Source: Dehalococcoidia bacterium (lineage in GTDB: Bacteria; Chloroflexota; Dehalococcoidia; UBA2979). From it: a DNA stretch of 64,000 bases. Made by a program: the position numbers and the translations under genes. The notes below the pieces were generated by a model that searched no databases, was not told the DNA's origin, and worked only from the letters and a program-made list of their open reading frames with translations. Shown piece after piece: positions 49,924-59,211 of this stretch. Location of the stretch: positions 128,001-192,000 of the forward strand of contig OZ219872.1 in NCBI GenBank assembly GCA_964291495.2, in the 5' to 3' direction. The stretch's first letter is position 1. The number at the start of each line of letters is the position of its first letter.

Positions 49924-51690
49924 TCAGGAGCCCGCGCCGTTCTCGTCGTCGCCCTCGCCGTCCTCCGCGTCCTCCTCATCCGCCTCGTCCAACGACTGCC
50001 CGGCGATCGCAGCGGCGAGCGCCTCCGGGCTGACGAGCGTGATCGAGATGCGGTCGGAACGGCGCGGCATGCGCAGGCCCGGGATCCAGCCCGGGTGAAC
50101 GGTGATGTGCGGATCCCTCGAGAGCGCCAGCTCCTCGCGCAGCCGCTCGGCGGCGACTGCGGGCGAGACGTTCGTGAGCTGGCCGTGCAGCGCCGCCGGG
50201 TCGAAGAGTGGGCTCGCCCGGCCGGTCGCCGTGAGGTCGATCGTGAGGCGGCTGCCATCGAAGGAGTGCACGTCCGCGATCGTCGCCTCGGCCGTATCGG
50301 GCAGGAGCGCCATGCCGTCGGGCAGCCTGCCCTGGAGCAGTTCCTGTGCGATGCGCTGCGCGTCCTCGTCGGTCAGCACGAATGCGTTGGCGACGGCGGT
50401 GTACTCCATCGGGAACACGTCGCTCGGCTCCCCGACCTCGGCCAGCGGGGTCTGGCCCAGGATCACGGCGGAGATCGTCTCGGTGAAGACCGTCCCGTCC
50501 GTGACCGAGCGCAGCAACTCGCGCTCGCCCGCGAGGCGCAGCGCGCCGTCGGCCAGGCTCGCGACGGTGATCACGTCGTCGGGGCTGACGACGGCGACCT
50601 CGATGTCCGTACCGCCTCCGGCGGCGATGTTCGTCACGGTGAGCGTCTCCGGGAATCCGGTCAGCCGCGTCAGGCTGGCGGCGGGGACGTTGCCGGCGGT
50701 TCCAGGCTCGATCGCGGTCGCACCGACGACCGAGCTGGAGCCCGGAGGGATCGAGACCGCTCGATCAGTGGTGAACCGCACCCCGTCAATGGACTCGACC
50801 GGCGTGCCGATCGGCAGCACGAGATCCGCGTCGCCGCCGTTCGTGAAGGTGAGCCCGGCGCGCGCGTGCTTGTCGCCCACGGTCGCGAGCCCGGTCGAGG
50901 CGGCCGACACCACAAAGACCAGCTCGACCTGCACGGAATCGACGGCGATCACGCCGACGCCGAGGTCGGTCTCGCCGAGCGGGCTCAGCCGCATGCGGGT
51001 CGTCACCGTCAGCGTCTCCGCCGGCGGCGAGACCAGGATCGTAGCGGAGGGGATGTAGGTGCAGGCGGCGAGGCCGATCAGGAAGATCGCGCCCGCCAGC
51101 AGCGCCGCGCGCACGAACGGGCCAATCGAGGGGGCGCGGAGCACGAACTCGCGGCTGCCGAAGGGGATGCGCAGCGCGCGCCGGGGGCGCAGCCCCCGGA
51201 CCGTGCGCGCGGCGGGCAGGCCGGCGTCCGCGGCGTGCTGGCGGACGTCTCCTCGGCTCGCGAGCACGCGCACCTGGATCCCGCGCTGGCGCACGTAGGC
51301 GGCGATCCGCAGCCATTCCACCGCGTTGCGCAGCGCGTGGCTGCGACGCGGCACCACGAGCAACAGCTCGACCTCGCTCGCCGCATCGATGCGGCCGATG
51401 ATCGCGCGGGCATCGTCCTCACGCTCGGCGACGACCGTGGCCGCGCCGGGCAGGCGCGGGCCGCGACGGCGGCGGGGTGCGTCTCGTTCCCCGGCCTCGC
51501 GAGCCGCGGCGGCTTCCTCCCTGGCGGCTCGCCGCCGGGCCGCGGCGCGGCGGCGCTGCGTCCCGATGCGGCCCGCGAGCTCCTCGAGGGCCGCCGTCAG
51601 CGCATCCCAGGCGCGCAGCAGGCCGTCACGGGCGCGCAGCAGGACGTCCCGGGCCTGATCCGCGATCGAGCGCGGCTGCTCGCCGGACAC
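49924..51690 (-). CDS. Membrane-anchored baseplate J/gp47-like domain protein
   Basis: Cytoplasmic N-domain, one TM, then A.A.LTFTN..LPIGT.V..GVRFTTD..ATAIEPGTAGNVPA..VTN.AAGGG.D. Confidence 0.72.
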   Translation of the reverse strand: MSGEQPRSIADQARDVLLRARDGLLRAWDALTAALEELAGRIGTQRRRAAARRRAAREEAAAAREAGERDAPRRRRGPRLPGAATVVAEREDDARAIIGRIDAASEVELLLVVPRRSHALRNAVEWLRIAAYVRQRGIQVRVLASRGDVRQHAADAGLPAARTVRGLRPRRALRIPFGSREFVLRAPSIGPFVRAALLAGAIFLIGLAACTYIPSATILVSPPAETLTVTTRMRLSPLGETDLGVGVIAVDSVQVELVFVVSAASTGLATVGDKHARAGLTFTNGGDADLVLPIGTPVESIDGVRFTTDRAVSIPPGSSSVVGATAIEPGTAGNVPAASLTRLTGFPETLTVTNIAAGGGTDIEVAVVSPDDVITVASLADGALRLAGERELLRSVTDGTVFTETISAVILGQTPLAEVGEPSDVFPMEYTAVANAFVLTDEDAQRIAQELLQGRLPDGMALLPDTAEATIADVHSFDGSRLTIDLTATGRASPLFDPAALHGQLTNVSPAVAAERLREELALSRDPHITVHPGWIPGLRMPRRSDRISITLVSPEALAAAIAGQSLDEADEEDAEDGEGDDENGAGS

Positions 51691-51692
51691 CG

Positions 51693-54374
51693 CTACGCCT
51701 CGCCCAGGCGCTCGCGCGCCAGCAGCCGCGCGGCCTCGAGGGCCTCGCCGAGTCGGCTTGCGTCGCGCCCGCCGGCCTGCGCGAGTCCGGGCCTGCCGCC
51801 GCCGCCGCCGCCCACGACCGCGGCCGCGGCCTTCACGACCTCGTCGGCCAGCAGCCCGCGCTCGACGACGTCGTCGGTGGCGAGCGCGAGCAGCTGCGGG
51901 CGCTCGTTGATCACCGCACCCAGCGTGACGAAGGCGCTGTCCATGCGCTCGCGCAGGCGGTCGGCCATGCCGCGCAACGCGTCGGCGGAGTCGGCCTCGA
52001 CGACGGCGACGAGGATGCTCACCCCGGCGAGTTGCTCCGCCTGGTCGGCCAGCTCCTCGGCAAGCCCGGCGGCGCGGCTCGCCGACTGCGCGCGGGCGCG
52101 GCGGCGCTCCTCGGCGAGCTGCTCCTCGAGGGCGTCGATGCGGCCCGCGATCTCGGCGGGCGGCGCCTTGAAGCGCTGCGAGAGGTCGTCCACCAGGGCA
52201 AGGCGCTCCTCGATGTAGCGCTCGGCCTCGGGGCCGGTCAGCGCCTCGATGCGGCGCAGGCCCGCGCCGATCGAGGAGTCGCCGCTGATCACGAAGTTGC
52301 CGACGCCGCCCGTGGAGTGCAGGTGCGTGCCGCCGCACAGCTCGCGGCTGAAGCAGGCCGCCGTGTGCCGGTGCGCGGCGCCGCCTGCCGAGGCGCGCGC
52401 CTCGCAGTACTCGACCATGCGCACCTCGGCGGTGTAGCGGTCCTCGAAGAACGCGATCGCGCCGCGGTCGATCGCCTCCTCGTAGGGGAGGATAAACGTC
52501 TCCTGCGCGATGTCGTCGCGGATCCTCGCGTTGACCAGCCGCTGCGCCTCGCGCAGTTCCGCGGCGGACGGCGCCTGCGGGTGCGTGTAGTCGAAACGCA
52601 GGTGGTCCGGCGCGACGAGCGAGCCGGCCTGCCGCACGTGCTGCCCGAGGACCTCGCGCAGCGCCGCATGCAGCAGGTGCGTGGCGGTGTGGTTGCGGCG
52701 GCTCCCGGCGCGCCAGGCCGGATCGACCCGCGCCTCGGCCGGCTCGCCTTCGGCCAGCGCGCCCTCGACGACCTCCCCGCGGTGCACGTGCACGCCGCCG
52801 AGCGGCTGCGTGTCGTCGACGCGGAAGCGGCCCGCGGCGGTGACAATCTCGCCGCGATCGCCGACCTGCCCGCCGGCCTCCGCGTAGAACGCCGTCGCCC
52901 CCAGGACCACGTCGCCCGCAGCGCCCGCCTCGAGGCGTTCGACGCGCTCGCCGTCCGCGAACAGCGCCGCGACGGTCGACTGCGCCTCGAGCGCCTCGTA
53001 GCCGAGGAAGGCGCTGTCCAGGCCAAGGGCGGCGAAGCGCTCCGCCTCGTCGCCGCCGAAGTCGCTGAACGAGGTCTCGCCGCGGGAGCGCTCGCGCTGC
53101 GCGGCCATCTCCGCCTCGAAGCCCTCCTCGTCGACGGCGTAGCCGCGCGCGGAGGCCAGCTCGCGGGTCAGCTCGGGGGGTAGGCCGTGCGTGTCGTAGA
53201 GCGTGAACATGTCGCGGCCGGGGATCCGCCGCGCCGCGGCCTCGCGCTCGATCACGCCCTCGAGCAGCTCGATCCCGCGCGAGAGCGCCGCCTGGAAGCG
53301 GCGCTCCTCGTCCGCAGCGACGCGAACGATGAACGCGCGCTGCTCCTCAAGGCCGGGGTGTGCGTCCTTCGAGGCGCCGATCGCGGCCTCGATCACGCCC
53401 TCGATGAAGGGTTCGCGCAGGCCGATCGTGTAGCCGAAGTAGATCGCACGGCGCAGCACGCGGCGCAGCACGTAGCCGCGGCCCTCGTTGCCCGGCAGCA
53501 CGCCGTCGTGGATCAGGAAGGCGGCCGCGCGGGCGTGCTCGGTGATGGCCCGGAGTGCGCGCGCCTGCTCGGGTGCGCCGTCCGGGTCGTAGGCGATGCC
53601 GGCGGCCGCCTCGGCGCTCGCGAGGATCGCGCGCAGCTGGTCCGTCTCGTAGACCGAGCCGACCTGCTGCAGCACCCAGGCGAGCCGCTCCAGCCCCGCC
53701 CCGGTGTCGATGTTCTGCGAGGGCAGCGGGGTCAGCGAGCCGTCGGCCGCGCGGTCAAAAGCCATGAAGACCAGGTTCCAGACCTCAAGGAAGTTGGGCG
53801 ATTCGAGGTCGATCTGCCCGTCCGGCAGGCGCGGCTCGGAGGCCGGATCGTCGCCGAAGTAGTAGTGCAGCTCGGAGCAGGGGCCGCACGGCCCGGTGTC
53901 CCCGGAGTACCAGTAGTTCCCCAGCTCGGCGCTGTAGCGGAGGATCCGCTCGGGCGGCACACCCTGGCCGCGCCACAGCTCGAACGCCTCGTCGTCGTCG
54001 GTGTAGACGGTCACCCAGAGCCGCTCGAAGTCGAGCTCCAAAACGCCGACGAGGAAGCCGAGGGCGGCCTCGATCGCCTCGGCCTTGAAGTAGTCGCCGA
54101 GCGAGAAGTTGCCGAGCATCTCGAAGAAGGTGAGGTGCGAGTCGTCGCCGACGGACTCGATGTCGGTGGCGCGGAAGCACTTCTGGACGGACGTCAGACG
54201 CCTCGCGGGAGGCGTCTCGAGGCCGAGGAAGTAGGGCTTGAACTGCACCATGCCGGCGGAGGTGAAGAGCAGCGAGGGGTCGCCGTAGGGGACGAGCGAG
54301 GCGGAAGGAATGCGGCGGTGGGCGCGCGCCTCGAAGTACTCAAGGAACGCGGTGCGCAGCTCTTCGACGATCAC
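51693..54374 (-). CDS. alaS: Alanyl-tRNA synthetase
   Basis: LLFTSAGMVQFK, FFEMLGNFS, GPCGPCSE, NHTATHLL, ELCGGTH, GGGGG DHHA1; GTG start 54374. Confidence 0.98.
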   Translation of the reverse strand: MIVEELRTAFLEYFEARAHRRIPSASLVPYGDPSLLFTSAGMVQFKPYFLGLETPPARRLTSVQKCFRATDIESVGDDSHLTFFEMLGNFSLGDYFKAEAIEAALGFLVGVLELDFERLWVTVYTDDDEAFELWRGQGVPPERILRYSAELGNYWYSGDTGPCGPCSELHYYFGDDPASEPRLPDGQIDLESPNFLEVWNLVFMAFDRAADGSLTPLPSQNIDTGAGLERLAWVLQQVGSVYETDQLRAILASAEAAAGIAYDPDGAPEQARALRAITEHARAAAFLIHDGVLPGNEGRGYVLRRVLRRAIYFGYTIGLREPFIEGVIEAAIGASKDAHPGLEEQRAFIVRVAADEERRFQAALSRGIELLEGVIEREAAARRIPGRDMFTLYDTHGLPPELTRELASARGYAVDEEGFEAEMAAQRERSRGETSFSDFGGDEAERFAALGLDSAFLGYEALEAQSTVAALFADGERVERLEAGAAGDVVLGATAFYAEAGGQVGDRGEIVTAAGRFRVDDTQPLGGVHVHRGEVVEGALAEGEPAEARVDPAWRAGSRRNHTATHLLHAALREVLGQHVRQAGSLVAPDHLRFDYTHPQAPSAAELREAQRLVNARIRDDIAQETFILPYEEAIDRGAIAFFEDRYTAEVRMVEYCEARASAGGAAHRHTAACFSRELCGGTHLHSTGGVGNFVISGDSSIGAGLRRIEALTGPEAERYIEERLALVDDLSQRFKAPPAEIAGRIDALEEQLAEERRRARAQSASRAAGLAEELADQAEQLAGVSILVAVVEADSADALRGMADRLRERMDSAFVTLGAVINERPQLLALATDDVVERGLLADEVVKAAAAVVGGGGGGRPGLAQAGGRDASRLGEALEAARLLARERLGEA

Positions 54375-54603
54375 GCTGTGGTCACTGCCGAATCGCTCAC
54401 TGCCACGCCCCTGCGGCGCAGTCTCCGGGCCAGCGATCGGGCCGCTCCGGTAGAGACAGGGCCGTGTGCGAGTGTAGAATGGGCTCGAGCGACGGGTCAA
54501 TTTTCGCAGCCGCTCCCGCACCCGACGGGGCAGGCGCGTGACCGTGGAGCACCACGATCGAAACCAGCGCTGACAGCGACAAACCTCCCTCGTCCCACTC
54601 CGC

Positions 54604-55989
54604 ATGAGTTCCGGCGGATCGGCGCCGCTGCGCGGCTGGACCGCCGTCGTGCTCGCCGCCGGGCGCGGCGTTCGCATGCGCTCGCGCCGCCCCAAGGCGC
54701 TCCACGAGGTCGCCGGTCGCCCGATGCTGCTCCTGCTGCTCGACGCCCTCGCGGGCGCAGGCTGCGAGCGGAGCGTGGTGGTCACCGCCGACGCGGACGA
54801 CGAGGTCGCCCGCGCGGCGCGCGAGGCGGGCGCGCTCGTCGCCGTCCAGCGCGAGCCGCGCGGCACGGCCGACGCCGCCCTCTCCGCCGCCGAAGTCGTG
54901 GGCGAGGCAAGCCGCGTGCTGATCGCGCACGGCGACCTGCCACTACTCACCTCTGGCAGCCTCGCCGCCCTCGCGAGCGAGCACCTTGAAACGCGGGCCA
55001 CGCTCAGCCTCCTCACCGTCGAGGTCGAGGACCCCACGGGGTATGGACGTATCGTGCGCTCCAACGGTTCCGTCGCGGCGATCGTCGAGGAGTCCGAGGC
55101 CGACGAGGAGACCCGCGCGATCCGCGAGATCAACGTCGGCGTCTACGCCGCCGAGGCCGCCTGGCTGTGGCCGGCGCTGGCCTCGATCGCGCCCTCGCGC
55201 GGCGGTGAGGTGTACCTGCCCGACGCGGTGCGAGCGGCCATCGAGGCCGGGCGCGCCGTGCTCGCCCGCCCGCTCGCCGACGCGAGCGAGGCGCAGCAGG
55301 TCAACACGCGCTCGCAGCTCGCCGCCGCCGAGGCGGCGCTGCGCGCCCGCGTGCGCGAGGCGCTGCTGGCCGGGGGCGTGACGATCGTCGACCCCTCCGC
55401 GACCTGGATAGACGCGGGCGTCGAGGTCGGCGAGGACACGACGTTGCTGCCCGGCGTGCACCTGCTGGGTGCGACGGCGGTGGGGCGCGACTGCCGGATC
55501 GGACCCAACGCCGTGCTGCGCGATGCGCGCACCGGCGAGCGCTGCATCATCGGCGGCTCCACCCTCGAGGGCGCCACGCTCGCCGACGACGTGCACGTCG
55601 GCCCGTACTGTCACATCCGCCCCGGCTCGACGATCGAGGCGGGCGCGCGGCTCGGCAACTACGCCGAGGTCAAGGCCTCGCGGATCGGCGCGGGCAGCCG
55701 CGTCGGGCATTTCTCCTACGTCGGCGACGCCGATGTGGGCGAGGACGTGAACATCGGCGCGGGGACGATCACGGCGAACTACGATGGCGCCGGGAAGCAC
55801 CGCACCGTGATCGGAGACGGCGCGTTCATCGGCAGCGATTCGATGCTGGTGGCGCCGCTCAGCATCGGCGCGGGCGCGCGCACGGGAGTCGGCTCGGTGG
55901 TCACGCGCGACGTGCCGCCGGGCGCCTCGGCGATCGGCGCGCCGGCGCGCATCCGGAAGCCCTCGGGCGAAGCGGGAGAGGAGCAGTAG
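54604..55989 (+). CDS. glmU: Bifunctional GlmU
   Basis: LAAGRGVRM.S..PKALH, GYGRIVR, EINVGVY, HFSYVGDA, NYDG hexapeptide region. Confidence 0.94.
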   Translation: MSSGGSAPLRGWTAVVLAAGRGVRMRSRRPKALHEVAGRPMLLLLLDALAGAGCERSVVVTADADDEVARAAREAGALVAVQREPRGTADAALSAAEVVGEASRVLIAHGDLPLLTSGSLAALASEHLETRATLSLLTVEVEDPTGYGRIVRSNGSVAAIVEESEADEETRAIREINVGVYAAEAAWLWPALASIAPSRGGEVYLPDAVRAAIEAGRAVLARPLADASEAQQVNTRSQLAAAEAALRARVREALLAGGVTIVDPSATWIDAGVEVGEDTTLLPGVHLLGATAVGRDCRIGPNAVLRDARTGERCIIGGSTLEGATLADDVHVGPYCHIRPGSTIEAGARLGNYAEVKASRIGAGSRVGHFSYVGDADVGEDVNIGAGTITANYDGAGKHRTVIGDGAFIGSDSMLVAPLSIGAGARTGVGSVVTRDVPPGASAIGAPARIRKPSGEAGEEQ

Positions 55990-56015
55990 CGGGCCGCCGT
56001 ACGGCCCGTGCAGGT

Positions 56016-57293
56016 TTGGATACCCTCACAGTCCTGGCCCTGGTGGTGATGATCGCGGCGGGCGTGCTGCTCGTGCTGATCTCGGCCGCCGAGGCGGGGG
56101 TGGCCGCGATCACGCGCCGCCGTACCCGCATCCGCGCCGAAAACGGCGTGGCGGGCCTCTTCGACAGCTACATCAAGCAACGCCAGCAGATCCTGAGCGC
56201 GCTCGGCGCCGGCGTGACGCTGGCGACCGTCACGCTCAGCCTCGGGATCGCCCTGGTGCTGATCGGCGAGGAACTGAGCGTGCTGGAGGCGGCGGCCGCC
56301 GGCCTGATCGCGCTCGTCGTGATCGCCGCGCTGCGCCAGAACGCGCGCGCGATCGCCCTCGCCAGCCCCGAGGGCGTGGGCTACCGCCTTGCGCGCGTGA
56401 TCGCCTTCCTCGCGTCCCTGCTCGCGCCGTTCGCCTGGCTGATGAGCACGCCCGCCCGCGGGCTGCTCCGCCTCGCCGGCCGCCGCACCGAACTCCCCGA
56501 CGACCCCGCGGGCGAGCTGCTCGCCGTCCTCGAGGCGCCGGCCGACGGCGACGGGGCCGAGGCGCTCACCGAGGAGCGGCGCATGATGCGCGGCATCCTC
56601 GCGATGTCACGCCAGACCGCGCGTGAGATTATGTCGCCACGCATCGACATCGTGGCCGTCTCCACGGAGGCCTCGATCGGCGACGTGATGAAGGTGGTGA
56701 ACTCGTCCGGGTTCACCCGAATCCCGCTCTACGAGGAGAACATCGACCGCATCATCGGGGTGCTCTACGCCAAGGATCTGCTCGCCCGCCTGCAGAGCGG
56801 GGTCTCCTCGCCCAACCTGCGCCTGATCGCGCGGCCGCCCTACTTCGTGCCGGAGACGAAGCGCGCCGACGAGCTCCTCGCGGACCTGCGCCGCGACCAG
56901 ACGCACGTCGCGATCGTCGTTGACGAGTACGGCGGCACGGCCGGCCTCGTGACCGTCGAGGATGTGCTCGAGGAGATCGTCGGCGAGATCGCCGACGAGT
57001 ACGACACGGACGAGATCGAGATCGAGGTGATCTCCGAGGACGAGGCGATCGTCGACGCACGCTTCGCCATCGACGACCTCAATGAGCTGTTCGGCGCCGA
57101 GATCCACAACGAGGACTTCGACACGGTCGGAGGCTTCGTGTTCTCGCTGCTCGGACGCCTCGCGGCGCCGGGAGACCACGTGAGCAGCGTGGAGCACGGC
57201 CTGGACCTCGAGGTGCTGACCGTGCACGGCCGCCGCATCCGCCGCGTGCGCGTCACCCACCACCCGCCAATGGACGAGGCGGCGGCCGGGTAG
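56016..57293 (+). CDS. Hemolysin/CNNM family protein (DUF21-CBS-CorC)
   Basis: TM region, MSPRIDI, VDEYGGTAGLVTVEDVLEEIVGEI. Confidence 0.9.
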   Translation: MDTLTVLALVVMIAAGVLLVLISAAEAGVAAITRRRTRIRAENGVAGLFDSYIKQRQQILSALGAGVTLATVTLSLGIALVLIGEELSVLEAAAAGLIALVVIAALRQNARAIALASPEGVGYRLARVIAFLASLLAPFAWLMSTPARGLLRLAGRRTELPDDPAGELLAVLEAPADGDGAEALTEERRMMRGILAMSRQTAREIMSPRIDIVAVSTEASIGDVMKVVNSSGFTRIPLYEENIDRIIGVLYAKDLLARLQSGVSSPNLRLIARPPYFVPETKRADELLADLRRDQTHVAIVVDEYGGTAGLVTVEDVLEEIVGEIADEYDTDEIEIEVISEDEAIVDARFAIDDLNELFGAEIHNEDFDTVGGFVFSLLGRLAAPGDHVSSVEHGLDLEVLTVHGRRIRRVRVTHHPPMDEAAAG

Positions 57294-57370
57294 ACAGGGC
57301 GCGCCTTCACACGCGCAGGCAGTCCGGTAGACTGGTTGCGCGGAGCAACTTGCAGCGGGAGGCTTGGCCG

Positions 57371-57574
57371 GTGAGCAGCAGTCGCAACGTGCAGGTGCTG
57401 GAGACTGAGACGGCGATCCCGGACGACTCCTTCTGGCGTCCGCTGGCGCCGGACGACTTCATCCTGGCGTCGGGCGTGGCACCCTACACGTTCCCGGATC
57501 CATCCGACATCGAAGATCCAGAGGATGTCGAGGCGCTTCTCGATGCGATCTTCGGTGACAGGAGCCTCCCGTAG
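57371..57574 (+). CDS. Putative antitoxin (acidic, 67 aa)
   Basis: GGGAGG + GTG; directly precedes a PIN-domain frame. Confidence 0.55.
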   Translation: MSSSRNVQVLETETAIPDDSFWRPLAPDDFILASGVAPYTFPDPSDIEDPEDVEALLDAIFGDRSLP

Positions 57575-57984
57575 TACAGCCAGCGCCCACGCCGGTCCTC
57601 GTCGACACCGACGTCTTCTCATACATCTTCAATGCGCACCCGCTCGCCGACCGCTACCGCGCGCATGTCGAAGGGCACGTGGCGGTGCTCTCGTTTCAGA
57701 CTGTCGCCGAATTGCTCCAGGGCGCCTATCAGCGTGGCTGGGGCGAGCCGCGTCTGGAGCAACTCCGTCGCGAGATGCGGCGTTATGCCGTGACTCCGTT
57801 CCACCTTCAGATGGCAGAGCAATTCGGTCAGCTGCGCTCACACCGACGAAGCGTAGGCCGTGAGATCGATACCGCCGATGCGTGGATCGCGGCGACGGCG
57901 CTGTGGCTCCAGTGCCCCGTCGTGACGCACAACCGCCGGGACTTCAGTGACATCCCCGACCTCGCGGTGATCAGCGAGGCATAG
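57571..57984 (+). CDS. PIN-domain (VapC-like) toxin lacking a canonical start codon
   Basis: VLVDTDVFSY..TVAEL..DAWIAATA..VTHNRRDF; GTA at the expected start, in-frame TGA at 57556. Confidence 0.78.
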   Translation, partial: VVQPAPTPVLVDTDVFSYIFNAHPLADRYRAHVEGHVAVLSFQTVAELLQGAYQRGWGEPRLEQLRREMRRYAVTPFHLQMAEQFGQLRSHRRSVGREIDTADAWIAATALWLQCPVVTHNRRDFSDIPDLAVISEA

Positions 57985-58053
57985 CGCGGTCGCGGCCTCC
58001 ACCCGCCAACACCCCGCACTTGCCTTCTTGCCAACGGCTGGTAGGCTGTGCTC

Positions 58054-59211
58054 ATGGACGATGTAAGAACAAATGGTCTGGAGTGGTGGGTCGCCTTCCA
58101 CCGCATCTCCCGCCTCGGCTCCGTGCGCTTCGGGCTGCTCGAGCGGGCCTTCCCGGCGCTCGAGGATGCGTGGAAGGCCGATGCATCCGCGCTCCGCGCC
58201 GCCGGGCTGGACTCCGCCACGGTGGACCTCGTGGTGTCTCAGCGGCAGGAGATTGACCCGCAGCGGGAGCTGGAACGCCTGCACGAGGCCGGAGTGCGCG
58301 CGATCCCGCGCTTCCACTCCGCCTACCCCGCCCGGCTGCGCGAGATCGCCGACCCGCCGCCGGTCATCTACGTGCGCGGAACGCTGTCCCCGCAGGACGA
58401 GTGGGCGCTCGCCCTCGTCGGCACGAGGCGCGCGACGGCCTACGGGCGGCAGGCCGCCGGCGAGCTGGCGCGCGACCTCGCGACGAACGGCGTGACGGTC
58501 GTCTCCGGACTCGCGCGCGGCATCGACACGATCGCGCACCGCGCGGCGCTCGACGCCGGCGGGCGCACGATCGCCGTGCTCGCGAACGGCCTCGATACCG
58601 TCTACCCGCCCGAGAACCGCGGCCTGGCGAGCGAGATCGCCGAGGCGGGCGCGCTGATCAGCGACTACCCGCTCGGCACCAAGCCGCGCGCCGAGTTCTT
58701 TCCGAGGCGCAACCGCATCATGTCCGGCGTCTCCCTCGGCACGCTCGTCGTCGAGGGCGACGTGAAGAGCGGCGCGATGATCACCGCGCGCTTCGCCGCC
58801 GAGCAGAACCGCGAGGTCTTCGCCGTACCAGGCTCGATCTTCGCCCCGCAGTCGCGTGGGCCGCTCTCGCTGATCCGCGACGGGGCGACGCCGGTCGCGA
58901 GCGTCGAGCACGTCCTCGAGGCGCTCAATCTGACGATGATCGGCGCGCAGATGGACTTCGGCCGCGCGGCGCCCCCGGCGAGCGAGGACGAGCAGGCGCT
59001 GATGGAGGTGCTCACGCGCGAACCGAGGCACGTCGACGAGGTCGTGCGCGACAGCGGTTTGGCCGCAGCCCGGGTCTCGGCTACGCTCGCATTGCTCGAA
59101 CTCAAGGGGCAGGTGCGCGATCTGGGCGGCATGCAGTACGTCCGGGTGCGTGAACCGGCCCCCGCATACGAAGCTGCATCGACTCCCCCGAAGCAGGAGA
59201 CATCCCCTTGA
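58054..59211 (+). CDS. dprA: DNA processing protein DprA
   Basis: VGTRRATAYG, VSGLARGID, FPRRNRI, SGAMITA, VFAVPG. Confidence 0.96.
   Translation: MDDVRTNGLEWWVAFHRISRLGSVRFGLLERAFPALEDAWKADASALRAAGLDSATVDLVVSQRQEIDPQRELERLHEAGVRAIPRFHSAYPARLREIADPPPVIYVRGTLSPQDEWALALVGTRRATAYGRQAAGELARDLATNGVTVVSGLARGIDTIAHRAALDAGGRTIAVLANGLDTVYPPENRGLASEIAEAGALISDYPLGTKPRAEFFPRRNRIMSGVSLGTLVVEGDVKSGAMITARFAAEQNREVFAVPGSIFAPQSRGPLSLIRDGATPVASVEHVLEALNLTMIGAQMDFGRAAPPASEDEQALMEVLTREPRHVDEVVRDSGLAAARVSATLALLELKGQVRDLGGMQYVRVREPAPAYEAASTPPKQETSP

Noticed and set aside
49924-51690. Prophage or contractile injection system
   Set aside because: The domain is isolated, with no sheath, tube, spike, capsid or terminase genes
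54380-54600. T-box upstream of alaS (also checked upstream of pheS)
   Set aside because: No GGTGGNACC motif was found on the coding strand
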